A stretch of 64,000 nucleotides of DNA from Massalongia carnosa (GCA_965645245.1 OZ287076.1:434001-498000), one strand, 5' to 3'; counted from the stretch's first letter, positions 11,388-24,456 are shown. The notes: a model not told the origin generated them from the letters alone. Numbers and translations are program-made.

Positions 11388-12583
11388 GGAGGGTGAGCTG
11401 ATGCAAAGCAACGGTGATGCGATAGCAAGGTTGGGTTTTATTTTGGATGATGGAGATCTGAAGCTGTTAGAGATCAGATGTAGAGCTCCTGAAGCGGGGG
11501 GAGAGTTACGGGACGAACTTACCAATGCAGGTGCAGAGGGTTTTCTTTCATTGGGAAGGGGGTGTGCTTTTCGTTTTGATTTAGCGACTTACCGTTTCCG
11601 TGTGGTACCAAATGGTGACTAATTACTCCGTTCTGGGAAATACGACGGGGGACAGGGTGTTTCGTTGGTGAAGAGGTCTGTCGCGATGGGTAGTTAAGTT
11701 ACGAGTAAATCCACAACGTGCGACCGCACTAGGATTTAGGGCTTTCCCCTGCTAGCGCTAATCCCGAATCATCAAATCACGGACCAATACATCATTCTTC
11801 CGCATTACGTATTCCAAGGCACCTCGAACCGACCGAATGACCGAAATGACCCGAATCACCGGAACGACTATACTTAGTAGACCCTCTCGTCATTCTCCGC
11901 TCTCCAATGAACTGCTCACGCCCGATATTGCACCCCGGCTGGTGGGGACCTGTATCATTTGGAAAGCTGCATCAGGTATCGACGGTAGTACTCCGTACAG
12001 AGTGCTGATACAAATGGATCCATCCTTCCCCCACGTGTCCCCCCAATCCCGCTGATCGTTTCACCAAGGTGTGCAAAATACGCAATTGCAACTCTTCCAA
12101 ACGGTCCGGTACGCAAAAGCACGTCATTAGGTACCCAGAGCATCACAGTTCAGGAATGATCCAACTTCAATCGGCACCTAGGGTACACTGGCGTGTTCCT
12201 TATCGCCCACACTAGTTGCTGTCCTTCTGCCGTGTCTAGACCCTTCACGTTATCAGATAACCGCATGCACCGTGCTGGGAGGGGTTCGCATGAGATGGAG
12301 ATCATTCGCTGCATGTCGATTGACTGCCGATCGTGCCTGGCCGCCAGCCGAATGAGGGCTTGGAATGTGAAAGGGCCAACAAAAGCACAGGTGAACGGAA
12401 TTATGGTTGCAGTAGCCAATGCCCCTCACGGGATACTCCGCCAAAAGTTGAACCTACGTCTCTCTCGATCCTCACATCAACCGTAGACAATGCTCTGAAA
12501 ACCCCCTCTGCCCGCTATGCCTGGAAATCTCCAATCAGGGCATCTATCGCTTACCTAGACCCTTGCAGCAGGGCTGATCTGAA

Positions 12584-15052
12584 TCAAGTCTCATCATGTT
12601 CCCCGGCACCGCTGTTCAAGTCTCCTAGGCTTATCACCTCCTCATCAACCTCATCCTTTGACTCGCTGCCCTTGGAAGCTTTGATTCCTGGTTTCCGTTC
12701 GCCGTTGTCGTCGCCGAACAAATAACCAGCCTTCCCTCTGGCATTCCTCTTTTCGGACGGAAATGGTTTGGCTGAAACAAAGCTTGATTTACGAAGGTCT
12801 TCGCCAAGCATCCATGAAAAGGAGGATTGGGCAAGCGACGGTCGAGGTTGGTGGAACGGCAAATGTCCCGAGTCATCACGAGAAGTGGATGTTGGACACT
12901 TTGGCTCAGCGGGTGGGGTGGACAGTAGAAGTTTTGATCTTGAGGAAGTGGAACTGGTGATAATTTCGATATCAGGGACGGCATCAGGAAAGGTTCGTGC
13001 AGTGACAGCGGTAGCGGAAGGACTGAACTCAGTGGCTGAGAGCGCTGCAGTTACCTGGCCGGCTTTGTTGTCGGCATTCATTGCAGGTGGCGTTGCCGAT
13101 TGTGCCGTGTCAACCCCTCCTTCCTCAGGATGCTCTGCTGGGAATGGCATCGTTGAGTTTTCTAAATAAACCTGCACAAAGTGCAGCTTAGCAATGGCTA
13201 AGCTAAGTGCATCAGCGGCAGGCTCAGCTTTGGCTTTGGTAAAATCCTTCTGTTGGGCCCAGAGATCCTCCATAGTATGCTCTAATAGTTTTGCCAATGC
13301 TTTGTTTCGTTGCTCAAGTTCACGAAGTTTCGCCGTAACATGGGAAGGATCGAAAGGATTACTATGTTCCTGAGACAAGCGTAAACCATTCGGTGGTTTT
13401 CTTGGGGAGCTCATGCCTGACTGCAGGCCCTGAACGGCACCACGTAAGGCTCTTGCAACGCCCCACTTCTCGCCACGGCTATAGACGCCTTTGGCCGCCT
13501 CTTGTAAAATTCCCTCAGTCCCTCCTTGATCTTGAAGAGACTTTGCCGGCAATATTCCTGGAGATTCAGTTTTCCCCTGGTCGTCCCGTCTCCGTTGCCT
13601 TATTCGCCGACCTTTTTTCGGGAACTTTCTTATGAAAGGATTAGGCTTGTTATGCAGAGTAGCAGCTTCGGAAGGTGGCGATGGCAACTTCTTAGAGTAT
13701 TTGAGAACTATTTGCGGACCGCTCTCAACGAGAGGGTTATCACGTAGGTAAAGGGCATCTGCTACAAAGCTTGGTGGCCCGTGGGACTCTGAAGGTGCAG
13801 GGTACCGTAGTAGAAGAGTCAGAGCTGCTGAATAGTCTGCCTCAATCACTGCGACCTGGTTAGCATTTCCTGAAGTGAGCGCGTTATGCAGATCACGCCT
13901 TACGCTGCCATCTAATACGTAATAGCATGCTAACACAAATCATATCAACCAAATCCAAAGTTGGATCCTCTGCAAACAATACATCCCAAAGAGTGAGTAC
14001 CTCATCGAAAGGAAACTCGCGTCCAAAGAGGAGTCGAATCCATCTGATCAGGAAAATTTGCGGAAGAACTTCAATCGCAATAAGATGCTCGGCGAGTTCA
14101 AGATCTGCCTGTCGAAGGTATCTTTCGTGTATGCGCTTGCTTCGTTCAACAATCGGGGAGGTGTTTGCGGGTGCTGAGAGTGAGGCCTGTTCAATGTTTC
14201 CCATTTCGTAAAAAGATTTTACGGTCTGCATAACAATACTAAAAAGCGTAAATGCATCATGTTCCACATGTTTTTCGCTTAAACTTGCACGCATCAAGTC
14301 GTCACGACCTAAAGGGTTTTCTGGATCCTGCCCGAGAGTTGTAGGATCAATAGCATCCCGAGATATGACCCAAAGGATTGGTGCCAGTACTTCATGCATG
14401 CCTTGACGATAGCCAATATCCCGATTAAGCTTGCAAAAGATGAACAGAATATCCAGAAGCATTGCCTGAGTAGGGGGTTCACGAAAATAGAGATTTTCGG
14501 GCATGCATCGTTCAACATCCTGAAGTATCTCGGCCCGTAGGTCTTCATCCTGCCGAAGAATATACCATGGGGACTTTCAAGAACTTAGTGAAAGGTCAGA
14601 CGAGTTCATCGGCGCCTATAATCGAACGCATAGTTTAGGGCTTACCGACTCATCATCTGTCAATGGATCTGTGGAAGATAGGTCTTCGGGATGTTCAATA
14701 TCTCGCAAGAAATGCTCTTTCAATGATGCATAGGCGCTTCGGGAGTCCGACAGCGTTTTTGTCCATGTTGACTTATCAAGATTCTCAAAGAGCAAGAAAG
14801 CCTACTTATCATCCCAAATTAGGGCCGATGTTCCTGTGGGGGGTCTTTTGAGGTTCGCCTTGCCTTCCAGCAGATGGACCGGAGTCCATTGATGCATGGA
14901 CTTTCTCCGACCGTAGCCCTAATAGCAGTCCTGAGGTCGGATATGCTTGAGTTGTGTGCAAATGTTGCCTCCCAGCGGATGCTAAAACAGATGTTTAGTA
15001 TCGCGTTACCGTGAGAAATGTGAACTCACCCTGTCTCTTCCAAAGACCTCAT
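12584..15052 (-). CDS. TBC-domain Rab GTPase-activating protein (Gyp6/TBC1D5-like)
   Basis: Five exons starting MRSLEET. Motifs GLRSICWKAFLLF, ILQDVERCMPE (arginine finger), GYRQGMHEVLAP (glutamine finger) and IRWIRLLFGREF, followed by a C-terminal coiled coil. Intron 14802-14863 is GC-AG. Confidence 0.9.
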
Positions 15053-15347
15053 CTCTGCATTGCATGACATGACAGAGATCAAAGCAACCTTTACTGGCGT
15101 GGCACAATATTACAATAATACACCCCTTAGCTCTTGTATTCTACAAATCCCTGCTGAATACAAACATCTCTTGACGCTAATAGCATCGCTTTGTGTAACC
15201 CTTTAAGTTTGTTTATTTAGTCATGTACTTCTTTACTGGACGAGTTCCATGAAACTGAAGGTAAAGTCATCAGTTTCACTATTATAGAAGTGAACGACTT
15301 TCTTTGCTCAGTAAGAAATAAATTTTCATGACAACTTCTCATTCATC

Positions 15348-16760
15348 ATGTCATTGGAACTGTGGAACGAGTTTGCCTCGCCTAAAAAAGATCTCTTAGA
15401 GAATCCATGGAGCCAAAGCGCCCATGAGGTAAACCAGCGATCCAGTCTAGAGGAAGATGATTTCGGCGATTTTGAGAGCCCTAGGCTTGGGTCCGCAACA
15501 GAACGCGCTCAGCTGGCATATAAAGAGGCGAACGGGCAAAGTAGTATCAAGGATAACGACTTCGGTGATTTCGAGAGCCCTGGCCTTTTATTTACCAAAG
15601 AACGTAGTGATGTATTTGCTCCAACAATAGACCATCTTCCTGAAACCTCTCAGCTGTCTCACGCTTCGGTGAATACGGCGGTACCGAAGTCAACTTATGA
15701 CGCTTCTTTGGAGGATTTTCAGCTTTCGCCGATTGGCGATAATTTCCCATCTCTAGTTGAAACGCACCCCCTTAAACAGGATGAATATCCTCCTTCTAAC
15801 AGGAAGATTTTGAAATCTCCTTGCCTCCCTTTTGGAGCTTCACACGTGGAAAAGAAGGAGATACCCATGATACCAACTTTCGTCATGCCTGCCAATGAAG
15901 ATGATACATGGGACGACTTTATAGATGGACCCGTTTGCTTAGAGCTGAATGGAGCAAAGGGAGAAGGATATGCCAAAATCGGCTCGAAGGCCTCCGATTC
16001 GATGAATTCGTTACATAATAGTCCAAATTCTGTCAAAGTGATTCTCGCTCCGAAGCCAGCTGAGGCCATACAAGTGCAATCGCCTCCTGGGATAAAAGGT
16101 TTCACTCGCGAGTTACCCCCTTCGAATGTACCTCCTCCATCCGTCCTCTTGCCCCTCATTATAAATACTTTCCAGACTCTGCTTGTCAATATCAAGAACA
16201 TTTTACTCTCAACAGGTTCCCAGTTTTTATTAAACGAGCAGGCTCTCATCGCAATTCATAAATACTTATCAGTGGCAAGAGCAGCTGCACGCATTATTGC
16301 GGGGAGAAAGCTGCGATGGAGGCGAGATAGTCGGTTATCACAAAGCATGAAGATCGGCCCCGCACATGCAGGAAAACCGGGAGGTATGAAGCTTACCGGG
16401 CTTGACAGAATGGAGAATCGTCGAGAAGATGGCGAAGTGGAGGAAGCGGTGCGAACTTGGAAACATCAGATGGGAAGTCTGCGATCCGTGGTAGCGTCGG
16501 CAAAATATCGTCAGCCTAGTTTGAACTTGGCATTACCCGAAATTTCTGAGAGCATGCCGATTCGTGTAGCGAAATCCAGCGAAGGGGCACTCTTGGCTCC
16601 GAGCAGCTGTTTTCTATGTGGACTCAAGCGGGAAGAGAGAATTGAGCAGGTTGACGGGAAGGTGGAGGATAGCTTTGAGGAATGGTGGTTAGATCACTGG
16701 GGTCATATTGACTGCATATTTTTTTGGGAAAAGCAGAAGAATCTCTTGAAGCAGCGATAA
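15348..16760 (+). CDS. Conserved fungal protein with DFGDF motifs and a C-terminal Cys/His domain
   Basis: 470-aa single-exon ORF with two DFGDFESP repeats, WDDF, PPSNVPPPSVLL, RIIAGRKLRW, and CFLC...WWLDHWGHIDC. Confidence 0.82.
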   Translation: MSLELWNEFASPKKDLLENPWSQSAHEVNQRSSLEEDDFGDFESPRLGSATERAQLAYKEANGQSSIKDNDFGDFESPGLLFTKERSDVFAPTIDHLPETSQLSHASVNTAVPKSTYDASLEDFQLSPIGDNFPSLVETHPLKQDEYPPSNRKILKSPCLPFGASHVEKKEIPMIPTFVMPANEDDTWDDFIDGPVCLELNGAKGEGYAKIGSKASDSMNSLHNSPNSVKVILAPKPAEAIQVQSPPGIKGFTRELPPSNVPPPSVLLPLIINTFQTLLVNIKNILLSTGSQFLLNEQALIAIHKYLSVARAAARIIAGRKLRWRRDSRLSQSMKIGPAHAGKPGGMKLTGLDRMENRREDGEVEEAVRTWKHQMGSLRSVVASAKYRQPSLNLALPEISESMPIRVAKSSEGALLAPSSCFLCGLKREERIEQVDGKVEDSFEEWWLDHWGHIDCIFFWEKQKNLLKQR

Positions 16761-19700
16761 TGAAGCTAAGGAGCTACTTAGAATCTGCTCTGGTCAAGGT
16801 GTTTAGCCACTTGATGACCAGCGGTGATAAGCCTCCTAGGAACGATAGGATCAACCATCCCCTCGACAGCACCGAGTTCTGCTTGATCTTGTCGACAAGG
16901 TTTATCCGATCTTGGAAAGTTTGGGATACGAAAGAGAGTTGAACTTTGGAAACCTGAGGATTAGAGTCCACCAGCCGAAAACCACATCTGAGGGCTTCCG
17001 GCACTCTGGCCAGTATTCATCTACTTCTCTCCAAGATTTCGGCACTTGTTGGACGGACGTTGCGTTGGCTGATCGAAATGTTGTTGGTTTTATACATTAA
17101 CCGTATCAAAAGCTAAGCATGGAACTTACAACCCACCTGCATAGAACGAATCAGGGACGCATACTCTTTCTACGAGTCTGACTGATCTGGATGCGGATCA
17201 TGCCACCTACTGAGCCGGAGAAGGATAATCAAACTTTCGCCAAAGAAACTGGTTGTGTCCTACTCTCTGCTACCAAAGGATTTAAAATGGATATTCTGTA
17301 AGGTATTAAAACCTTTCTCACTAATCACCGAAGGACTGGGCAACTAGACCCTCTCTGTTCCTGTGGGTTTTTCTTGATCCAACCCGGCTTCATTGATCTT
17401 TAACGGAAATTTCTCGAAATCTTCAGTACCTACCCCCAATCGTAGACCACAAGGCCTTCCGAAAGACATTAGCAAAGCGCGCAAGTATTTGGCAACTGTT
17501 TTGGGGGTTTAGTATGGGCGCACTGGTGATGAGCATCCCATATTTCCATGGAAAGCCCGATTGCCGGCGCTCCCCCCGCACAGCAAAATGAAGCTAACCA
17601 TTGCGGCCCAAACATGAGTGGTCGTTCTTGTGTATCATAATATGGCTGTCAGAGGTAAAGGACAAAGCCAATGAGCTGGCTATAAAGAACGATATTGATA
17701 CTTTCCCGGGGAGAAGATATGCAGCTTAAGCAAATATAAGGCGTATTGCTTGTACTGCAAAAGAATGTCAATGTTGGGTTTTGTAAGCTTTTTTTTGTGA
17801 CTAAGAAAGTGCCGAGACAGAGGGAAATGTTGTGATGGTGATGAAAAGCTTGGATGTACTCCTACCTAATCCGCAGTATGGCAGTGGAAGATTTTCTTCT
17901 TAGCAACGTACAAGATCATGCTCCTTGTCACTACTCTACCCTGTCCTTGTGCAAAGTCCATCAACTAAGCGCGCTTCTTCTTCTGATTTGAACGCTCGAT
18001 ATCTCGAACAGAATCTACATGAAATACCTCGCCATATTTAACATGTCAAATGCTTGACAACCTAGCAAAAGCAGGGAGTGTCGTAATATACCGCAATTCA
18101 ATGTTGGATGGGTCCACAAACTCATCGTCATTGTGACAACAGCAAGAGCTAGGCTCAGCAACTCTATTATCAGGCCAATTCACTAAAAGTAGCCGAAAAT
18201 CTTAGTTTTACCGTTCGATTAGCCTGGAATACAGCTGTTCACAAAATCTTTACCCCAAGCCGAAATTAAATGAAAAGTAGCATTCGGCGTGAGGTAGAGT
18301 CGTCTGATGGATAGGAAAGCTTTGCTGGTCGTTACTTGCCATATCGGCAATAACAGCTAAGAGATTATTTGATACTGTCTCCACATAGGTAGATAAACGG
18401 GGCAGCGGTGATGGCCTCGATTTTACAAATAATAGAAAAGCAACAGTCATGACCCAAGCATAAGACAAAGCCATGGCGCAAAGACTCAGCAGAGAACGAT
18501 TTTGTGTCAGATTATATATCCATGACAAAACAGTCACAATAAATCCTAGGATTCATCAGCTCACCACAAGTGATCAGTGAGGTCAAGCCTACTCACAGGC
18601 TATTCCAAAAGTTTGACGTAACCTAAGAGTTTCAGCTAGTCTCGTTCAAATGAGACCGCCTTTACACAATTAATTAGCAATATCACCGTCTGCTATATTC
18701 GCGGGAGGATTATGCTAGATATAGTACTCGCAGCAAAGTTTCAATCCCAGAAGTCGATTCAGGGCCGGAAGAATTACCCAGAAGTTAATAATATAACGAT
18801 GAAAGCAACAGCAAAAGGGGCTAGACGGAACTGCCAGGCCGCATACTCTCAAACCATTTCGTGCAGAGAATTTTGCTGTTAAGTACTAGTCTTTGCGGTA
18901 TTGCAGGCTCGATTATGACTATAAATATGATATAAATGTGGCTCCGCTGTTGTCAGTAACCGAGTTATTCAGGATGCTTTTCGATTTTGCTTCGTTTTTT
19001 TTGTTTACAGGATACTCGTTTATCTTGAACAACAGATAACATTTTTGCTGTGCGTGCATCTGCACGAATGTATCTTCAAATTGAGCGTTCGTGATCGACC
19101 GAGTATCGTTGTGCATTCATTCAACAAAATCAATGAATTTAGCTTGTAACTGTTCCTGGTGTAATTGTATGGTCGGAGATGAGTGCCTACCTTCTCACGT
19201 GCTACTCTGTAGAGTAGAGATGAGGGGGAAAATGTCAGGGAGCAGACCAATCTTACCTTCCCTGCTCTTTACTCTGCAACTTATTTGTGAACTTTATCTA
19301 ACAGGCCATAAGGCCATAGTTAATACGTTTGTCTCTCATAGCATGACTACATATCTGAAATCTCTGTATAGAGTATAGATTGTATTAATGCTTTTACGTT
19401 CGGAATCCCTCCGTGGTGGGGTAACTATGCATAATTCGCTTACATAACTAAACGTTTAGACAGTCAGTCTGACGTTGTCGGACGCTTATATAGAAGGAAC
19501 CTTCAGCAATAAAGCTTCATAACTTCCGAGGCCTCTGCTCAAATAATTTTTCCTATCCACTACTATAACCAATAGAATCAAACCTGAATATTCAAAGAGC
19601 CAACGCCTGGTATGTTGTTGCTTGAAACGTACTCCCCAAGCCCCGTCGTCAGATCAAGGGTTGATTGATTGATCCTCCAACACACCTGTCCCTACTTGTT

Positions 19701-19895
19701 CACCGCCAACTCCCTAGGCTTCTAAGCTGCTTGCGGAGATCTTCGCAAACAAAGGGTATAGGATACATACATATTTTATCATTCTCTCCACCATCCGAGC
19801 AACTCGCAACGCTTCCGAGCTACAAGCTTCCCTTCCACCCCCAAAACTCTGGACTCTGCTTCCCACCCCAGCTCCTAGGCAGAGCGCCAGCGAAG

Positions 19896-20358
19896 ATGGG
19901 GCTCGCTTATAATGTCTATCTAAACTCGGACAAGATCTTCGGCTGCAAAAACTGCAAAACCCACCTCGCTAGCCACGACGCCATCATCAGCCGCGTAAGC
20001 TTCCCCCCTTTCCCCACTATTCTTCTTTTAAAAAAAATAAACATACCAACTCACCGGCTTTCCATCCGTCACTCGAGAAAAAAACCGTCAAACTGACTCT
20101 CTTCTTCCCCTTTCTCTGTGCTAGAACTTCCGCGGTCAACATGGGAAAGCCTTCCTCTTCAACGCAGTTGTCAACATATCCCAGGCCGAGGCAGTAGAGC
20201 GCAGCATGACGACGGGCCGGCATATCGTGCACGATATCCACTGCCGGCAGTGTAAAGGGACGGTCGGCTGGAAGTACGACAAGGCGTTTGAGGCGTCGGA
20301 GAAGTACAAGGAGGGCAAGTACATCCTCGAGGCCGAGCTGCTGTGCACGGTTTACTAA
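19896..20358 (+). CDS. MOH1: Yippee-like zinc-binding protein
   Basis: Exons 19896-19994 and 20125-20358 give CKNC...NFRGQHGKAFLF...MTTGRHIVHDIHCRQC...GWKYDKAFEASEKYKEGKYILE, the Yippee signature. Confidence 0.93.
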
Positions 20359-21057
20359 GAGGTTTCTGCTGTGAAACGAAAGAGGTATACTTGAAGAGGC
20401 AGCTGTGGAGAGAGGGCGGGGATTTTGGGAATGTTGGTTCGGGTGAGGGTTGGGGGGATTGATCAGGTATCTTTGGGTTTTTAGGACTCGGGCAAAGAAG
20501 GGCATGGGGCCAGGATGAAGTTGTGAGGGAGTAGGTATTGGAGTTGGGCGGAAATCCATCAGGGTGGACATCGGAACGGCAGGAGTTGCTACTTGGTGTC
20601 TTCTTTCACTCCTAGAATTTGGATATATTTGTCTATTTGCTTAGCTAGCATCCTACTCACCAAGTATACTAGCATAGAGGAATTACATATTCTGTATGCG
20701 TAGGTAGGTATATAGATAGGGTTACTAACATCCGAATATCTACCCGCTTAGCAACCACGGAATAAGTCGCAAGGGGCGGGGGAAACCCGTGGGAATTCGG
20801 GACGAAAATGGCGGGGTTCGAGGCTGGGCAGAAAGCGGGCACCTGTGATGTGTGGTATGTAGATAATGGGATCGAACCTCCTTTCCTTTCTTCTATACAA
20901 AGCACAACTTTGGTCCCCGAAACCGGACGGGTTATTTATACACAATTGAACGAAGTCATACCAACCCCCTACCTCCTCCCATCCCCAACCTTCTAGAAAA
21001 ATCCTTACCCTCTCTCAAACTTACTTCTCTAGCCCCTAAAACAACAGATAAACTGCA

Positions 21058-22898
21058 ATGGCACACCCCACCATGCGCGCCGTCATATTCAAAGGGCCCT
21101 ACCATATCGCGGTCGAAGAGCGGCCCCGGCCCCGGATCCAGGACGCGGACGATATCGTGGTGAAAGTGCTTTACACGGCTCTTTGTGGAAGGTAAGGAAT
21201 CAGAGGAATAGGAAGAAAGAAAAGTTTGGGTTTTCCGACTGTTTTCTTCCTCAGAAGTCTTTTGGGGTTCTGGGGGGTTCGTGTTGATGCTGTGGTGGAT
21301 TTTGGAAATACGTTTCTAGTTATACCCAAATCTTGCGGGCAGGAGCTTACGTTTAAATCGAAATATAGCGAACTTCATGTTTTTCGGGTGAGTGAGAAGA
21401 GCTATGGGTTTGCCGAGGCGGAGAAGAGAAGGAGAAGCCTGATGGAAAAATTCTTGTGCCGCTTAGGGCCATCAAGCGAGTCCTGTAGGCTTCATTATGG
21501 TAAAGATACCAATACCTCTCCTGCGCTTATACGTGCCTGTTCTCATTTTTTGGGGTTTGTGAGTTAGGGCCACGAGTTCACAGGCACAGTTGAGGAGGTG
21601 GGCTCGGCGGTGCGAACCGTTCGAATTGGGGACCGAGTGGTCTCGCCGTTTACTACATCTTGGTCAGCTCTATCGAAAGATTCCATAGGAGGGCTTCGGC
21701 CCCAAAGTTACTGATAGCTTCCTAGCCAAGAGTGCTTCTATTGCAGAAATGGCTTTTCATCAAGGTGTTCCCAGGGTATGCTGTTCGGGAGCGCGGCTCT
21801 TGAAGGAGCTCAAGCGGAATACGTAAAAAAGGGGATCGCCTATTTGGAGAATCCTCCCGCTGATTCTTGTTTAGGTTCGCGTACCCCTTGCCGATGGAAC
21901 GGTGATGAAAGCTCCACCCGAAATTGCGGATAAAGCTCTGGTTCTCATGGCAGACATATTTCCAACCGGCTACTTTGCAGTCCAGAACGCTTTCAAAGGG
22001 ATGACAAGAGAGCAGATTGCTGAAGCCACTGTGGTAGTCATCGGCTGCGGGTATAACTTTCATATCCAGTACTTGAGAGACGAAGCTTACCTACAGCGTA
22101 CTGAAGACCAGTCGGATTGTGCGGTGTGATTAACGCCGAAACATATAACGCAAAGCATTTATTGGCGGTAGACTCCATCCCCTCACGCCTGGAATTAGCA
22201 AAGTTTCTAGGAGCAGAGCCGTGGAATTTCGAGACCGATATGCAGGGGCTTGGTAAACGCATCCAACATTTGACTCAAGGACGAGGTGCAGACGTCGTTA
22301 TAGGTGAGAAATGCTGTGTTCCCTCCGCTTCAACTCCAGTAATTTAGGCTCACGTGCACTTTCCTATTTGAGAGATCGTTGGTTCAAGCCGAGCGCTGAA
22401 GATGGGCTTTGACTTACTACGGCCATGGGGAATGATTTCGAGTGTTGGAGTCCATAATGCAGAAGTTAACGTCTCTTTCTCTAAAAATTAAATATATACT
22501 AATCCTTGCAGATTCCTTGGTAACTTTTTTTACTCTGTACACCATGAAGTGTTATCGTCGTCTCTGATCAATCCAGGTCGGGACAGGAAGCATATAGAAA
22601 GAATCTAAGAGTTCAAATGGGACGCTGTCCAGTACGGTCCATCTTCCCTGAGGCTCTTGAAATGCTCCAAAAGAAACAGCATCTGCTTGGGTGAATATAA
22701 AGCTTTTCCAATTTTGTGGATTGGCTTGCTAATTTTGAAATAGCTTCATGGCGGATAAAATCATGCCATTGTCAGCAGCCCCTCGAGGCTATGAGCTGTT
22801 CGATGCGATGACCGTCCAGAAAGGTGCAGAGAACAGTCCAAATTATCTAGCAACAGAGGCACTAATACGCAGTAGTAATTTTCGAGGCGCATAAATAG
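21058..22898 (+). CDS. Zinc-dependent medium-chain dehydrogenase (formaldehyde/alcohol dehydrogenase-like)
   Basis: Twelve exons. Catalytic Zn ligands in ALCGSELH, GHEFTG and ADIFPTG; structural CxxCxxC...C; Rossmann motif VIGCGPVG; ends VQKVIFEAHK*. Confidence 0.88.
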
Positions 22899-23791
22899 CC
22901 GACCATCTCGATTCGTATAATTTGTAAAGAAACGGTCGCGCTTGAGGACGAGTAGGTTACTAGTAGCGTTGACGGCTGCGGAGCCTGCAGAGGAATATGC
23001 TGAGGGTTTAGCTAGCATTTACATGAACTAACATCCAGCCCCTTATCTATAATGCTTCATTTTGAGTAGGTTCTGGTTCTCGTACTAGTCTTATAGGTCA
23101 AGTGGTCGCCAATGGCCATTTGCAACGGGACGTATAACTCGAGGGATCTTACAAGCAAGGATTAAATTACCATACATTTTGTATGATAGCCATGGGTGAC
23201 CATGGGCCAAAAAACCGTTTTGGAACATGGTCTTGTCGACCAAGTGGTCTTCGACTGGAGGAGGGTCTCGTTTGCTAGATTATACGGTACTGGTTTTTAT
23301 GCCGAGTACGGCTCTTGCACTATCGGTATTGGCGGTATTGGACAGGTTGAGGTTGATATATCCATCAACCGGCCATCTATGCTCTTTTAGGAGTCCATTC
23401 TCGCTGCCAACCTTGAGAGGATGGGGCTACTCTGCAGATCCATGGAGGCTTGAGAAGACCAGACACAGGGCTGGAAATTATGTACGGGGTAGTCGAGAGG
23501 AGCATCATTATTAACATACGTCGTCGGCAGCTATCAACATGATTGATGGAAAGGATCATACATACGATGATCAGGCATCGATTTCTTCTCACTCCCTAAA
23601 AGAGGGATGAAAGGGGATGAGGCGCATGCTGCAGTTGGGCAGGGAGTGTGATTGAAGGATGTTCTAATTAATGTGATGTGAAGACAAAGTGACGCAGCCA
23701 TACGCAGTAGTCGATTTACAATTGCGCACTTTACCAATGCCATGTTGGTGATCCGACTGGGATAGGATGCACAAATCCGTCACTCTTAACC

Positions 23792-24113
23792 CTGTATGGA
23801 GGTTGACTGGAAAGTCCCGAGTAGCGTGCATGGTGACGCTATACCTTAAATTCCGAAGAACATCAAAACATTTTAATCAATTGATTTGATTTTAATTGCA
23901 AACAAATGCGACGTCCATTTAATCTATCAAAAAATGGATAGTATCGTAGGTTCAGTAGTCAATTATAATCTAAAATAAAAACTATTAATTTTCATCGATA
24001 AATCATCAAAAAACTTAAACTGCAAGATTTGTATGAAAGGGTATGTATTGATCTACTGTTAGCTTAATATCATTAGCGCATCCAAGGGACTTTTCGTGAC
24101 AACCTCCGTTCAG
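23792..24113. mobile_element. Putative MITE with AT-rich core
   Basis: Imperfect TIRs CTGTATGGAGGTTGAC-TGGAAAGTCCC (23792-23818) vs rc CTGAACGGAGGTTGTCACGAAAAGTCCC (24086-24113) around a non-coding AT-rich core. TSD not clean. Confidence 0.45.
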
Positions 24114-24408
24114 TATACTATGTACAGTACAGCTAACGTAAATTTTCTTTTTATTTCATGGATCTTTAGCGGGGAAGCTACCCCCGTCAACCGTAGCGTG
24201 AACTCAGGCAGAAAGGGAAAATGCAGAGCAAAAAGAAAAGTTAGAAATCGAAAAATCGAAAATCAAAAAAAAATCAAAAAAATCAAAAACCGAGCATAAA
24301 ATAATACAAAACGGTAGAGTGCGAAGAAAGCCCCCCGGATACAAACACCCAAACTATACCACCTACTCTGGACTCATACTGCTGTTTCGGCTTCTTCCTC
24401 TATCCCAA

Positions 24409-24456
24409 CACTCCACCGCTCCACCACTCCACCACTCCACCACTCCACCACTCCAC
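24409..24456. repeat. Tandem 8-mer CACTCCAC x6
   Basis: Seen directly, with one variant unit, in the promoter/5' UTR of the KH gene. Confidence 0.85.

Noticed and set aside
20017..20571. 184-aa antisense ORF over Yippee, and similar antisense ORFs over other genes
   Set aside because: These are shadow frames of real genes with no independent motifs.
23808..23820. GAAAGTCCC resembling an RNase MRP conserved region
   Set aside because: No partner region found. It is better explained as one arm of the inverted repeat.
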